Source: Octopus sinensis
Lineage: Eukaryota
Length of the DNA stretch: 64,000 nucleotides
Assembly: GCF_006345805.1 (NCBI RefSeq)
Contig: NC_043006.1
Span: 81,344,001 to 81,408,000 of the forward strand
Reading direction: 5' to 3'
Shown here: positions 40,661 through 52,702 of the stretch, one piece after another
Position numbering within the stretch: position 1 is the stretch's first letter
Layout: each line of letters begins with the position of its first letter
Made by a program: the position numbers and the translations under genes
The notes under the pieces: generated by a model
Seen by the model: the letters and a program-made list of their open reading frames with translations, nothing else
Database searches by the model: none
Told to the model about the DNA's origin: nothing

Positions 40661-42611
40661 ATCTTTCTGATCTTTCACCCACTGACTACCATTTTATAAA
40701 GCACTTAAACACGTTTTTAAGTGATAAAACTTTCAAATCCAAACCAGAGGTGGAATCACCTTTCAAAGATTTCTTACCATCAAAGCCAATAAGTTTTTAT
40801 CAACGAGACATAAATAATGTCGCTGATCGATGGCAGAGATACATAGATGTTCACGGCTCATACTTTCACTAATCAAAACATTTCTATTGTTAATTTTTTC
40901 CCGAAAATAATAGTTTCTGAAATCGGCCATTATTTTCGGAACAACCTAATAACAGCATTCGACTTAAGACGGATTGATAATGTTAGACCTAAGTAGCAAT
41001 TTAATGTCTATAGTGACCACCACACCTAGTCCATATAAGTGTGTGTGTGTGTCTGTGTGTGTGTCTATATACATACATTCATACATGCATACATACATAC
41101 ATACATACATACATACATACATACATAAATACATACATATATGAATGTATGCATATATATACGTGTATATGTTTGTATGTATTTATATTTGCATGTTTGC
41201 ATGTGTGTATGCGTGTGTGTGTGAGGATGTTTATGTGTGGGTGTATGTGTGCGTTGGCGCGTGTGTGTATGTGTTTATTCATACACCGAATATACAGATA
41301 TGATTTTAATCTAGCTGAAGCTGATGGAGATGAGTTGTTTTTCTGTGTCAGCGTGTGAAACCAGTGTATAAGAGGTTGGTTGTAGCAGGTGAGCCAGATC
41401 ACGATATTGAGTGTTTTGAAGCGTTTACTTGCATTACTCTACGTTCTCAGTCAAAATACTCCTATTTTCCCTGTCTGCATTACATCTTCGAAAATTTCTG
41501 AAATACAATAATGACAAGAGATTGAACTTATTGTGGTCTATAATATCCCCTCCTCGAAAATGTTTTATCTCGTATCTATGTTATTAATTATTGTTATGCG
41601 CCTAACTAGTGCTTTACATTAAGGTTTTAATAGAAGCCGAAATTCTGTTAGTGTGACTACATCTTAGAGCAACCATATTTAAAGTGTTCACTGTAAATCC
41701 ATATTAGATTTTACTTTCACTTTCAAAGGATATTCTTCGCATATTGTAAACTGTACCATGTTTGGGAATACAATTTCCATTATCGAAATTAATTCTACTC
41801 TCAGATGAAATGCTCATTAGTATAATGGCTTTCGATTGTTAAGTTAAATTCACCCAAATAGAATTTGATTTGCAACAACGCTGTACTTTACTTCTCTTCT
41901 TTTTTTATGTTTTATAATACTTCGGAAAGAATAACTGTAATTGATACAATTTTCTTTACTATCGATTAGAAATATCTTCTTCTGAAAACTACCCCTGATG
42001 TGCCTTTTTTTTGCGTTTTATTGGGTACTGTGCTTCTGGGTTTCATTGCTCATTTTCCGTTTTACTTTACTTATTGATGCTTTCTATTCACTCGTGTAGC
42101 CTCTTCCGGTGAATTATGATGCACCTGAGTTCCATATACAATGGGCTCCTTTTTCTCCTTCATCAACATCTTCCTCTCACTATTGTTGTTGGACGAAATG
42201 CTTAACAGTATTTCGCCCGTCACTACGTTCTGATTTCGAATTCCGCCGAAGTCGAGTTGTATTATAGTTTTCGTAATTGTGCAGTTTGTATATATTGTTA
42301 GGTACTTATCTCCTTAATTTTTATCGTGCGTTTAATTTGTTGCGATAAAATGTTTGTTTACATATTCGAGTAGTCAAGGAGAAAATAAGGGCGGAATGGT
42401 ACAATTTTCACAGAAAATTGTAGATACTAAAGTTTTAAATTTTCTAAAGGTGATTGTTTGTATGTCCGGGCAGAGAAAACTGTGGTGTTCTTGCTATAAA
42501 AAGATATTTACATTCTTGACCATTCAGGGAGAAAGTTGTAGATATTAAAGTTTTAAAATTTACTAATGATCGTTTGTATGTCCGAACAGAGAAAACTGTA
42601 GTGTTCTTGCA

Positions 42612-42647
<36 letters not shown>

Positions 42648-43050
42648 GAGTGAGAGAGCAGTGCATGCCATCAAAGTGACACTGGGGTAAAATATACGAA
42701 GCCCAATATACCCATCATGACTACCCGTCTGATAAGGGTACACCAGGCACATGCATCACAACCATATGTGCGCGACATGGTGATCTCATATCAAGATAAA
42801 CAGCACATGACCTTGCAGGTGGGGCCCAGTTAGAATTTTCTTCAGGTTGAGTAGCCCTCAACACATGGCTATGATGCTCCCCAACTACTTCTGCTCGTGA
42901 TCAGAGATGCACATATCGTCAGCCACTAAGGGACATGCTCAACTGGTTAAGGTCAAACAACTGACAAACAAATCTGTGGTATTGAGCAGAATATTTGCTG
43001 TAGCCCATCTTTTATACCAAGACAAAACAATGTACATGATATTACAATGT
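42648..43050. repeat. Non-coding insert bounded by (TTA)n arrays (probable TAA-targeted element)
   Basis: GC-richer 400-bp island between (TTA)n runs; no ORF or tRNA head recognised. Confidence 0.45.
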
Positions 43051-43067
43051 ACATGATATTATTATCA

Positions 43068-43115
<48 letters not shown>

Positions 43116-43117
<2 letters not shown>

Positions 43118-43519
43118 TTTAATCTGAATCTTTGTTACAGACATTTACCGAGATACACCCAGCGTCCTGGGGCGAGTGAAGGGTAAGCGATGTTACAACA
43201 TGACTGAAAGCTTGGAGAGGGGAGGTAGTGATACATCTTCATGTAATACAGCACAGATATTTAAATTGATAGGGTTTTTTCTAAGGATGTGGGCAGTACT
43301 TGTCAGCACAATCTTTTGGATTTCTGTAAGACATGGTTCTCCCGGGATTTTATCTAGATATTTCTGACATCCCTTTTTTTTATCATACCCAGGGCACCTA
43401 CAATGACAGGAGCAGTTCTCGTTTTAAGATGCCACATCATTTGTACTTAGTTTCCGGGTCCTTATATTTATTTAGTTTGTCAAATTCCTGGACAGATATA
43501 TTTTATCAGTCGTAATTCC

Positions 43520-43520
<1 letters not shown>
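43116..43520 (-). mobile_element. R4/Dong-like 3' fragment in (TAA)n, copy 1
   Basis: Minus strand NISVQEFDKLNKYKD...MWHLKTRTAPVIVGALGMIKK...IQKIVLTSTAHILRK; (TTA)n both sides. Confidence 0.88.
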
Positions 43521-43548
<28 letters not shown>

Positions 43549-43550
<2 letters not shown>

Positions 43551-43954
43551 TTTAATCTGAATCTTTGTTACAGACATTTACCGAGATACACCCAGCGTCC
43601 TGGGGCGAGTGAAGGGTAAGCGATGTTACAACATGACTGAAAGCTTGGAGAGGGGAGGTAGTGATACATCTTCATGTAATACAGCACAGATATTTAAATT
43701 GATAGGGTTTTTTCTAAGGATGTGGGCAGTACTTGTCAGCACAATCTTTTGGATTTCTGTAAGACATGGTTCTCCCGGGATTTTATCTAGATATTTCTGA
43801 CATCCCTTTTTTTTATCATACCCAGGGCACCTACAATGACAGGAGCAGTTCTCGTTTTAAGATGCCACATCGTTTGTACTTTAGTTTCCGGGTCCTTATA
43901 TTTATTTAGTTTGTCAAATTCCTGGACAGATATATTTTATCAGTCGTAATTCCT
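43549..43954 (-). mobile_element. R4/Dong-like 3' fragment in (TAA)n, tandem copy 2
   Basis: Near-identical to 43116-43520, period 433 bp. Confidence 0.88.
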
Positions 43955-46607
43955 ATTATTATTATTATTATTATTATTATTATGAACATCATCATCTTCA
44001 TCATCATCATCATCATCAACAACATCAATATAAAAATAATGTTTGCATTCAATATTTATTAGATATCAGCTGACACTTCTGATAATAACGTACATATAAT
44101 AAGTACATATTGTAAGAATGGTGGGTTAGTTCTCAGAATTGTTAGATTCGAAAAAATAGCTTGCAGTATATTGTTATGGGCCTTTGCGTGCTAAACGCAG
44201 ACCCTACAAAGATCGTCTTCGTCTCTCATTCTTCTGATGTCGATAAAAGTATACGTGTAATGTACTGCGATCTAAATAACTGACTGTTCTATCATACATT
44301 TTGAAGATTTAAATAGACTTGTTCACCCATTGATTGATACCTCCGAGCGTGTAAAGTAGAGTAACACGTCTTAGAATTGTAACCGTTTTGGATCTCTATC
44401 GGTATGGATGCCAGATAGCTGGCAGGATGATCGACACTTTGCATCGTGGTACAAATGCTTTCCTTGTGTTATCAATTAACACAACGTTGTTGCAGCAATT
44501 AGACATTATGTATATCCACTATTGAATGACATCAATGCACTAAATGCACTGAAATGCAAGAAGTTGATAGCAAAAATTCACACAGTGCTATCTTTCCTAC
44601 GTGAAAGTGAAACTCGCAAGATCACCGCAAATACAATCTACTTATGACACCTGTGATAGAGAAAAGTTATTTTTTTCTTTTTATTTGGCAAAAAGAAAAG
44701 AAATATTTAATAATTCATGGGGTGCAGTGCATACAGAAAAGCGAGCATCCAAACAGTACGATTTATTCATTGTTCATATTTTCTGGTCGATTCGAACGTG
44801 AATACCTTATGGTTTGTTTTGTATGTCGTCAGAGAGCATTTTTCTCTTCTACTCGATGAGTGTTCACCACTCCACCTATTACGAATATTGCGGTATGAAC
44901 ACACATCATCTATAAGTTGGTGATGAAGAAACAAGAGCGGTCAGATATTCACGTTCGAATCTGCTAGAATGTATTAAAGAATGAAATGATATAATATTGT
45001 AAACGAAATCTGAGAAGAGTTGGAAATAGACTAAGATAAAGCAGAAATGATCCAAATAATATTAGTTGTCGAGCTAATGTTGCTTATTTCGAATTAGGTC
45101 GATGACGTCCACTGAATTATGTTAACATTGACTTTACTGTTTTCCTGTAGATGTTTGAATAATTATGGCTAAAATTGCATTTTTTTTAAATTTACAAAAC
45201 AGTTTTGTTTGCTTTTCACATCATATGACTATTTTTCAGATGAACAGAGGGCAAAAGTATCTTCTTCGCTTATTTAAACACAGATAACCTCGGGAGCTGC
45301 AGTAATGCAGCGACTCCTTTATGTTGTAGAATCCGGTGACGAGTTCTTACTTAGTTTTTGGTTTAAAAGATATACATATTCCAATAAGTCTTCAAACTCT
45401 CCGTAGGGAAAGTAAGTTTTTTTCTTCACCGTGAACTATTTATTATATGTTAAAATGCCGCTGAAATGATACTACGTAACACTAAAATAAAACAACCAAG
45501 TAGTAAACATATTGTAAGTTACGCAAAAACATTATTTCAGCTATACGGCAATGATACTTCAAAAGTATAAAATGGATAATGAAATTTCCGTTAACTTTTA
45601 GCAGTAATTATGAAACATATTTCCTGATGCTTTTGTGTATAAATTATAGAATTGGTGGAATTCTACTATTATTACTTCATTGTTTCTCGTTTCGTTATGA
45701 TGAAAAACAAATTAATATAAACATAAATAAAAATTGCGCCTTTCTCGACGATTTTAAATTATATAACATAATACAAAGAAATTGACTGCCTTTATCTTAG
45801 TCTTTCATTGCGCATCTTAAAAGCTTTCTTTGTTAATAATTTTGTTCGCGATATTCCACTAATATCGGTAAGAACCTCTTGAAGTTTCATTTCAATTAAT
45901 TTTCTTCTGAAGCTTATTCTGCCGCTATTTTCTCATTAATTCAATTCCGTTCTATTTGTCTATTTCCACTTAAGATTTTGTGGTTGTTATCAAAATCACA
46001 TCATTTCTATTATCAGTAAAATTTCTTACGTTCCATTTTGTCAAACTGAATGATTATACATGTAAGTGCGCCTTTAATGGATTGGTTTGCACATATTACA
46101 TACGTTTATTACTAAAATGCTCCTACACCTATAAACGTATCTCCACTGGAGGGTGCCTTGAAATGATTTTCAATTCAGTTTTGAAAAACTTATTAAATAC
46201 CCTCCATTAAGTTACACTCTGCTCTTTCAAAATAAACTAAACTTCAGTCTCAGAAAAAGTAGACGTTGTAGATGGAACACCTTTAATTATAGATCAGGTT
46301 TGAACAACAGCAACAACAACAATAACAACAAGAGAAACAAGAATAGCAATTAATGACCAATATGTGTTTGTGTGGGCATATATTTGCGAATGCACATTTG
46401 CGCGTGTGGTATTTGTACACATACATGAGCGAATGAAGACTGCAAACCAGAAATATGATCCCGTATAGCAGCAAAATTGGTTTGGTTTCAATTCTCTGTG
46501 GGACATTTCACCTAACTTTACAAATTCATTTATGGAGGCAATTTCGTATTTACTCCACCCTTGAAGCCAAAATGAACGATTACACTTCGATCGCCGCTAT
46601 TCCTATA

Positions 46608-46986
46608 TATTACTCTTTTACTTATTTCGGTCATTTGACTGTGGCCACGCTGGAGCACCGCCTCTAGTCGAGCAAATCGACCCCAGGACTTATTCTTTGG
46701 AAGCCTACTACTTTTGCCGAACCGCTAAGTTACGGGGACGTAAACACACCACCATCGGTCGTCAAGCAATGTTGGGGGAACAAACACAGATACACAAACA
46801 TATACACACACACATATATACGACGGGTTTCTTTCAGTTTCCGTCTACCAAATCCACTCACTAGGCTTTGGTCGGCCCGAGGCTATAGTAGAAGACACTT
46901 GCCCAAGGTGCCACGCAGTGAGAATGTACCCGGAACCATGTGGTTGATAAGCAAGTTACTTACCACACAGCCACTCCTGCGCCTAT
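46608..46986 (-). mobile_element. SINE family A
   Basis: Homologous to 21193-21656, complete head and tail. Confidence 0.85.
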
Positions 46987-49900
46987 GGGCAAGTAGGCAA
47001 ATGAATATTTTCCACTGAATGATCTCACTACATCAGGTGACAAAGTGTGACTTGCTCTTCCGAAAAGACAAGATCCACTCACTTGTAATACTGTTTCATG
47101 TCCAGCACAAAACAACGTGATTTTTTCACTACGCATTTTATAACAGCATAGAATCAGTAAGACGTTAAAACGAAGAGTAACAGGACTTGAAATAAGCATT
47201 TTCCTGTTTTTCAATACTGTAGATTGACTTCAGTATCTCACTTTCCTGTATTTCAGCGGGGTTGCTTATATTAAATACCAAATAATATCTTCTTTTACTT
47301 CTTTCAGTCATTGGACTGCAGCCAAACAAGGGGACGACTTTGAAGAATTTTAGTAATTTTAGTCGGACGAATCAACACCAGTATTCGGTCTCTTTATTTT
47401 AACTGGAAGTCTCGTAAGTTTGATCGATCATTGCTAGCATGGGGTTAGATAACATAACTGTAGTTTTCTGTGTCTATTTGTCACATGTTTTGAGCTTTTG
47501 TGATTATAAGTGTCATTGCAACAAACATTAGTTGTTAACGGGCCGATATTGGAACCCCTTCGATATTTCATCCGTCTGTTTAATTTAATATCGACTTAAT
47601 GAGCTGCAAGTCTTGAAAAATAAATGGTTATTAACAAACATTTAATTTAGCTGTAATAAACAGAGACGAAACAAAAATTAATATAAAATACTAATAAATT
47701 GCAATTGAATTTCTCAGTGTCTATGGACAAACATTAGAAGTCATTGTAAGCATGACGTCCTATTTTATAGATGAAACACTACATCTATAATTTTGTCACA
47801 CCAATTTTCTACATTACTCATTACTAATATATACATTAATGATAGTCTAATTCGTTGACAGAATATGGTAATATTTTCAATTCCATTTCTTCTCTCAATA
47901 AGACTCATGTTAAGATACTTTCTTATCTTCTTTCAATGTTTCGAATGTTCTATTTTTTCATTATTTTTGAGTTTTTTTTTTATTAAATTTTTGTCTATTA
48001 TTCTCCATGTTTTCAGTCTGTCTCTTTCATTTTGTCATCGCTTAATGCTTTATAAAATATTGCAAATCAGATTTGTCTCCTTAGATTTCTAGTGTTTGTT
48101 TAAATTTTAACTAGTTATTTAGATTACATTATTCTAGTGTCGTTGAATTATTAAATGCAGCAGAAAGGTGTAAAGAATGGAGGAAGAATTACAACTAAAA
48201 TTTCACAATCTCGACAAGAATGAATAATATTATTATCAGCTGTCAATAGAAATTTAAATTTATCTAATGAAAGAAAATAAATAAATATTGATTCATTTTG
48301 CCAAGTGATATGCTCAACATTTGTTAGGGATAAAGTCTAGTCGGCAATGAGATCGACAATACTTCTGTATTGTTGCAAAGGAAATTACTAGGCTTCCTAT
48401 ATCGGTTGGTCTTAGTCATCACAAATTAATGATTAACTCTGTCAAAATACAAGAATGTTTGCTGTCTGGGTAGTCTTGATAGAAATGCTATATTTCTCCT
48501 ACATGAAGAACCGAAGAACCAAAATGCAGATAAAGGCCATTCTGGCACGGCCTGAACACGTATCAATTGTTTTTTCAATACATGATACTTTAATGATTTT
48601 GCTTATTTGTTTATGTTCTTGCGTATCCATACGGCGAATGGATGTTTATACATCATAAAATATATCATTGTATTGCAGAGCTCAAATAAAAATTTATTGT
48701 TAAACTCCATTACATTATTACAATGCAGCAAATCCTCGCGGAATATAATTGCATGTATATATAGAATTAGATAAAGCGCTAGTTGAGAGCAACGTATAAA
48801 TGGTATGAGAAATTTATGCTTTCCTGCGTTTTCTTCTAAATATGTTAGTACATATAAACATTCAGTTCCATGCAAGATAACCTCCTTAATTTTTAAGGCT
48901 AAAAATTGATACAAGCGCCTAAAAATTGTATACCAAGTTTCAACATCTTTCTAACGTTCTATTTCCAAGACTTTCCACTTTCTCAGCTATGGTGGAGTTA
49001 GTTGTAAACGAAGCACCAAATTGATGTAAATTACAGCTCCACGAAAATTTTATTAATATGCCTAATATCTTATAATAATTCTGCTTGTCATTGCGTTAAT
49101 TAGCCCGTCGGTAACGCTGTCACGTGATTAGAGAAAAAGGAAAAAGAAAAGGAGAGAGCAAAAGTGGGAGAGAAAAAAGAGGGAGAGAGAAGCGTCTAAA
49201 ACGCGAGGTAGAGGGAATGTAATTGTAACGCTTTCATGTTATTAGTTGAAGCGAAAGAAAGGAGAAGGAAAAAAGAGAATAAGGCAAAGAGTGAGACAGA
49301 AATAGGGGAGAGAAAAAGAGGGAGAGAGAAGCGTCCATGACATGCGGCAAGGGAAACATAAAATTTATTGCTTGGTTAAAAACTTTAGTTGAAGGTAGAG
49401 GAGGAGAGTTAAAAATATAATTTTAGCAGAGGAGTGATGTTCTGATGGTGAGGTTAAAGAAAGGCAGAGTGAGAGAGAGGGGAGAGACAGAGATAGATAT
49501 AGGGAGAGGCGAGGGAGAGAGGGATAGATGATGATAGTGTTGGTGATGATAGATGATGATAGTGATGATAGTGGTGGCGGTGGAAGTGGTGGTAGTATTG
49601 GTGGTGGAAGTGGTGGTAGTGTTGTTGTTGTTGTTGGTATTGGTGGTGGTAGTAGTAGTGGTGGTGGCGGTGGTGGTTGTGGTAGTGTTGGTGGTTGTGG
49701 TGGAGATGGAGGTCGTGGTTGGATAGTAAAAAGTGTATTTTAAAAAATTGAACCAAGTTTTTTGCATCATCTCTCACTTAACGCATGCGCATAATATTCA
49801 CACTGACTAACGTGGCAGATATGTGCAATTTAACTAAATGTTGTATCATATATACGTGATATTTGTTTGTTGTTTATGGGAAAAAAGGAAAAAAAGAGTG

Positions 49901-50295
49901 AATATTTATTTTACGAGGGCTATATATTAAGTCTATAAAATTATGCATAAAATATATAAAGTGTATATATAAAATACATCATCGTATTCCAATTTCCATA
50001 CAGACAAAGCACCGGCTATGCTTTCAGATGTTTTGGATAAAGTATTCAGAAATTACCCAATATGTTTACCATTAATTCCAGGAAATATTCACGTGTCGCG
50101 CTAGTAGCTAATAACATCCCTCGTTTATTGATGTTCTTATTGTATTTGGTATCATCGACATCATCATTGCCATAGTTGTTGGTATACTGTCGTTGTTGTA
50201 GTTTACCCTCAGCTAAACCCTGACTGAAGAGGACTTACCCTCAAACGAAATTCAGTGATGAAATTTCAGTAATATGTCTGGAGATATTCTTTTAT

Positions 50296-50512
50296 CCTTT
50301 TGACTCTTTATATGTCTCAGTCATTAGACTGCGGCCATGCTGGGGCACCGTCCTGAAGAATCCTAGTCGAATAAATCGACCCCAGTACTTTATTTTTTTC
50401 AAGCTGGTACTTATTCTATTGATCTCTTTAGCCGAACCATGTTAATGGGACAGAAACACGCCAACACTGGTTCTCAGGTGGTGGTAGGGGACAAACATTG
50501 ACACAAAGACAC
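50296..50512 (-). mobile_element. SINE family A, tail half
   Basis: CAGTCATTAGACTGCGGCCATGCTGGGGCACC...GACAAACA. Confidence 0.65.
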
Positions 50513-50584
50513 ACACAGAGATACTCCTCCCCCGCACATATATATATATGTATGTATATATATATATATATTATATATTATATA

Positions 50585-50787
<203 letters not shown>

Positions 50788-50790
50788 ATA

Positions 50791-51015
50791 TCTTGCTACA
50801 GTCAAAAATTGTGAAGCATGACTGTCAACACTACTACATGAACCCGAAGATTGCAGAATTCGATGCATGAAAGTACTAGTTCAATCAGAATGAATATTTA
50901 ACATTCTACTATTTCATTTTATTTTATTCAATTATATATATTATCTTATAATATATCATTATAAGATTGTAAATAAAACGTGAAAATCAGACAAGGTTGG
51001 AATTCTTTTTATTAA
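50791..51015 (+). repeat. 5' partial pseudo-LTR (direct repeat of 55067-55292)
   Basis: TCTTGCTACAGTCAAAAATTGTG...GGAATTCTTTTTATTAA nearly identical at both ends of the element. Confidence 0.92.
50839..50883 (+). ncRNA. Minimal type I hammerhead ribozyme (5' pLTR)
   Basis: Stem I TGAAC/GTTCA; core CCGAAGA; stem II TGCA/TGCA; GAAA; palindromic stem III AGTACT; cleavage triplet CUA (after 50878). Confidence 0.7.
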
Positions 51016-51087
51016 TATATTCTTCTATACACAATCACACACACCCATATATATATATATATCTATTCCTATTGTGTATATGCCAAC

Positions 51088-52371
51088 ATGTCTGGAAAGC
51101 AACAAACAAAATTAACAGAATCAGAAAGAATTCTAATGGAAATTTCATCGAAATTATCAACACTCATCACGATGATTGACACACAATCCTCTATTTTAAA
51201 GGAAATAGAAAAACAGTCTACAGACGGAAAACTTGGAAATGAACACATAAACTCTGAAATTAAGAATTTAGCTGAAATGATACCAACAATTATAAAATCT
51301 ACAAGAGAAAGCCTACCACAACCTCCTTGGATGTCAGAAATAAACGAAAGAAATCTGGAAAAAGAGGCACACCGAAAAAGAGAAGAGATACAGAAGACAT
51401 GGAAAAAACTCCTTAACATAAGAAAACAAAACTTCTGGAAGGCATATAAATGCGAAAAATATGCTGAAATACATTCGAAATGGATATCTTTAGCGGCACC
51501 CATACTTCCTCGGAAGTACCTAATTAAAGAAATTGCAGGAGAACCAGAGGAAGAAACTAAACTTCGATGGGACCTTAGTTTGATAAAATTCAGGACCGAC
51601 ATCTCCATTACCCTGTCTAAACAATCCCGCTACAAAGCCAAATACGAAGCTATCGATGATCAAATCAGAGATGAAATATCCAAACTAACGACCGGCAATA
51701 TAGCAGAAAAAATGCGAGAACTATGGATCAGAGATATCTCAAAAGAAGAAAGCAGATCAAGAAAGTTTTGGCAGCGGAAACAATTATTTCTCGACAAATA
51801 TGCTACAAATTACGGTAAAGACACCAGAACTCCGAGAAATAGCATTAAAAGTGGACAACCTCACCAACGCAACATACACCAGAACACGTGGCAACATGAA
51901 CACCCGTTTCACCACGAATCGAAGACGAACTACGGTAAGAACTCTTCCCATTTTGTATGCAAACACCCTAATGCACACAACATGAACAAAAAGCACAAAC
52001 AAAATATATATTGTTTTGAACAGACCATTAGCACTAGAAATAACAGGAGATCATTTTCAAGACCTCAACAGAGATTACCCACAAGAAACTGGACAAAAAA
52101 CCGATCGAGATCTAGAAGTAAACCCAGATCATTTCTCCAGGTGGTTAAAAACAATGCTAACAAGAAATTGAAAAGTAGCATACATAATACCAAAAACAAG
52201 ACAGAAAACATAACGAAACCAAGTAAAGTACCACAACCAAAACGCAAAATTCATCAAGCAAACATCAACAGGAATATAAATCATAACCAGAAAAAATCCA
52301 TTTTTTTACGTCAGGACAACAAACACCGGAGAAAGAAAAAATCCAAGAGGAAACATACCCCAAACAACTGA
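51088..52371 (+). CDS. PLE N-terminal ORF (427 aa; helical/coiled N-half, basic low-complexity C-half)
   Basis: Uninterrupted 427-codon ORF starting just after the 5' pLTR; ends in a basic tract (KHRRKKKSKRK) and overlaps the RT frame by 92 nt. Confidence 0.8.
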   Translation: MSGKQQTKLTESERILMEISSKLSTLITMIDTQSSILKEIEKQSTDGKLGNEHINSEIKNLAEMIPTIIKSTRESLPQPPWMSEINERNLEKEAHRKREEIQKTWKKLLNIRKQNFWKAYKCEKYAEIHSKWISLAAPILPRKYLIKEIAGEPEEETKLRWDLSLIKFRTDISITLSKQSRYKAKYEAIDDQIRDEISKLTTGNIAEKMRELWIRDISKEESRSRKFWQRKQLFLDKYATNYGKDTRTPRNSIKSGQPHQRNIHQNTWQHEHPFHHESKTNYGKNSSHFVCKHPNAHNMNKKHKQNIYCFEQTISTRNNRRSFSRPQQRLPTRNWTKNRSRSRSKPRSFLQVVKNNANKKLKSSIHNTKNKTENITKPSKVPQPKRKIHQANINRNINHNQKKSIFLRQDNKHRRKKKSKRKHTPNN

Positions 52372-52702
52372 ACGTATAGATCCTAAAATAATTAATTTAT
52401 CAAAAAGAGATCTTGACAATGATGAAATCCAACTTCTGTCAAAAGGACTGAAATTCACACCTACACCAACAGCCAACCACCAAGAATTAAAGGAGGATAT
52501 CCAAAAATTCTGTCGAAAATTACGACTTGTAGAATTCTTCGCTAACAAAAGTAATGAGATTGATGAATCCCTAGTAAGGAATAAATCAAATTTCACCCCA
52601 CCAAAAGGAAGAAATAACTACCTTGACCAATACATTGATATCCTGTCTAAATTTCCCCTTAGACGCAATACCAATGTTAGGCCAAACATTAGCAAATCAG
52701 AG

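Noticed and set aside
43060-43985. CRISPR-like repeat-spacer array
   Set aside because: Units are duplicated retrotransposon fragments in a eukaryotic microsatellite; no unique spacers or cas genes.
45240-45411. Exon-like segment (TTTTCAG...GTAAGT)
   Set aside because: Stops in all three plus frames; could only be non-coding; no support.
46960-47214. 84-aa minus-strand ORF or exon with GTGAGT donor
   Set aside because: Ends inside a SINE; no domain similarity recognised.
49119-49790. E-box (GTCACGTGAT) and NRF1-like (ACGCATGCGC) promoter
   Set aside because: Isolated short motifs 660 bp apart in low-complexity DNA; no linked exon.
50215-50260. CTGAAGA motif as hammerhead
   Set aside because: No correctly placed GAAA, stem III or stem I.
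52369-52390. UGA readthrough or selenocysteine at the ORF1 stop
   Set aside because: In-frame TAA follows within five codons; RT is in another frame; no SECIS recognised.
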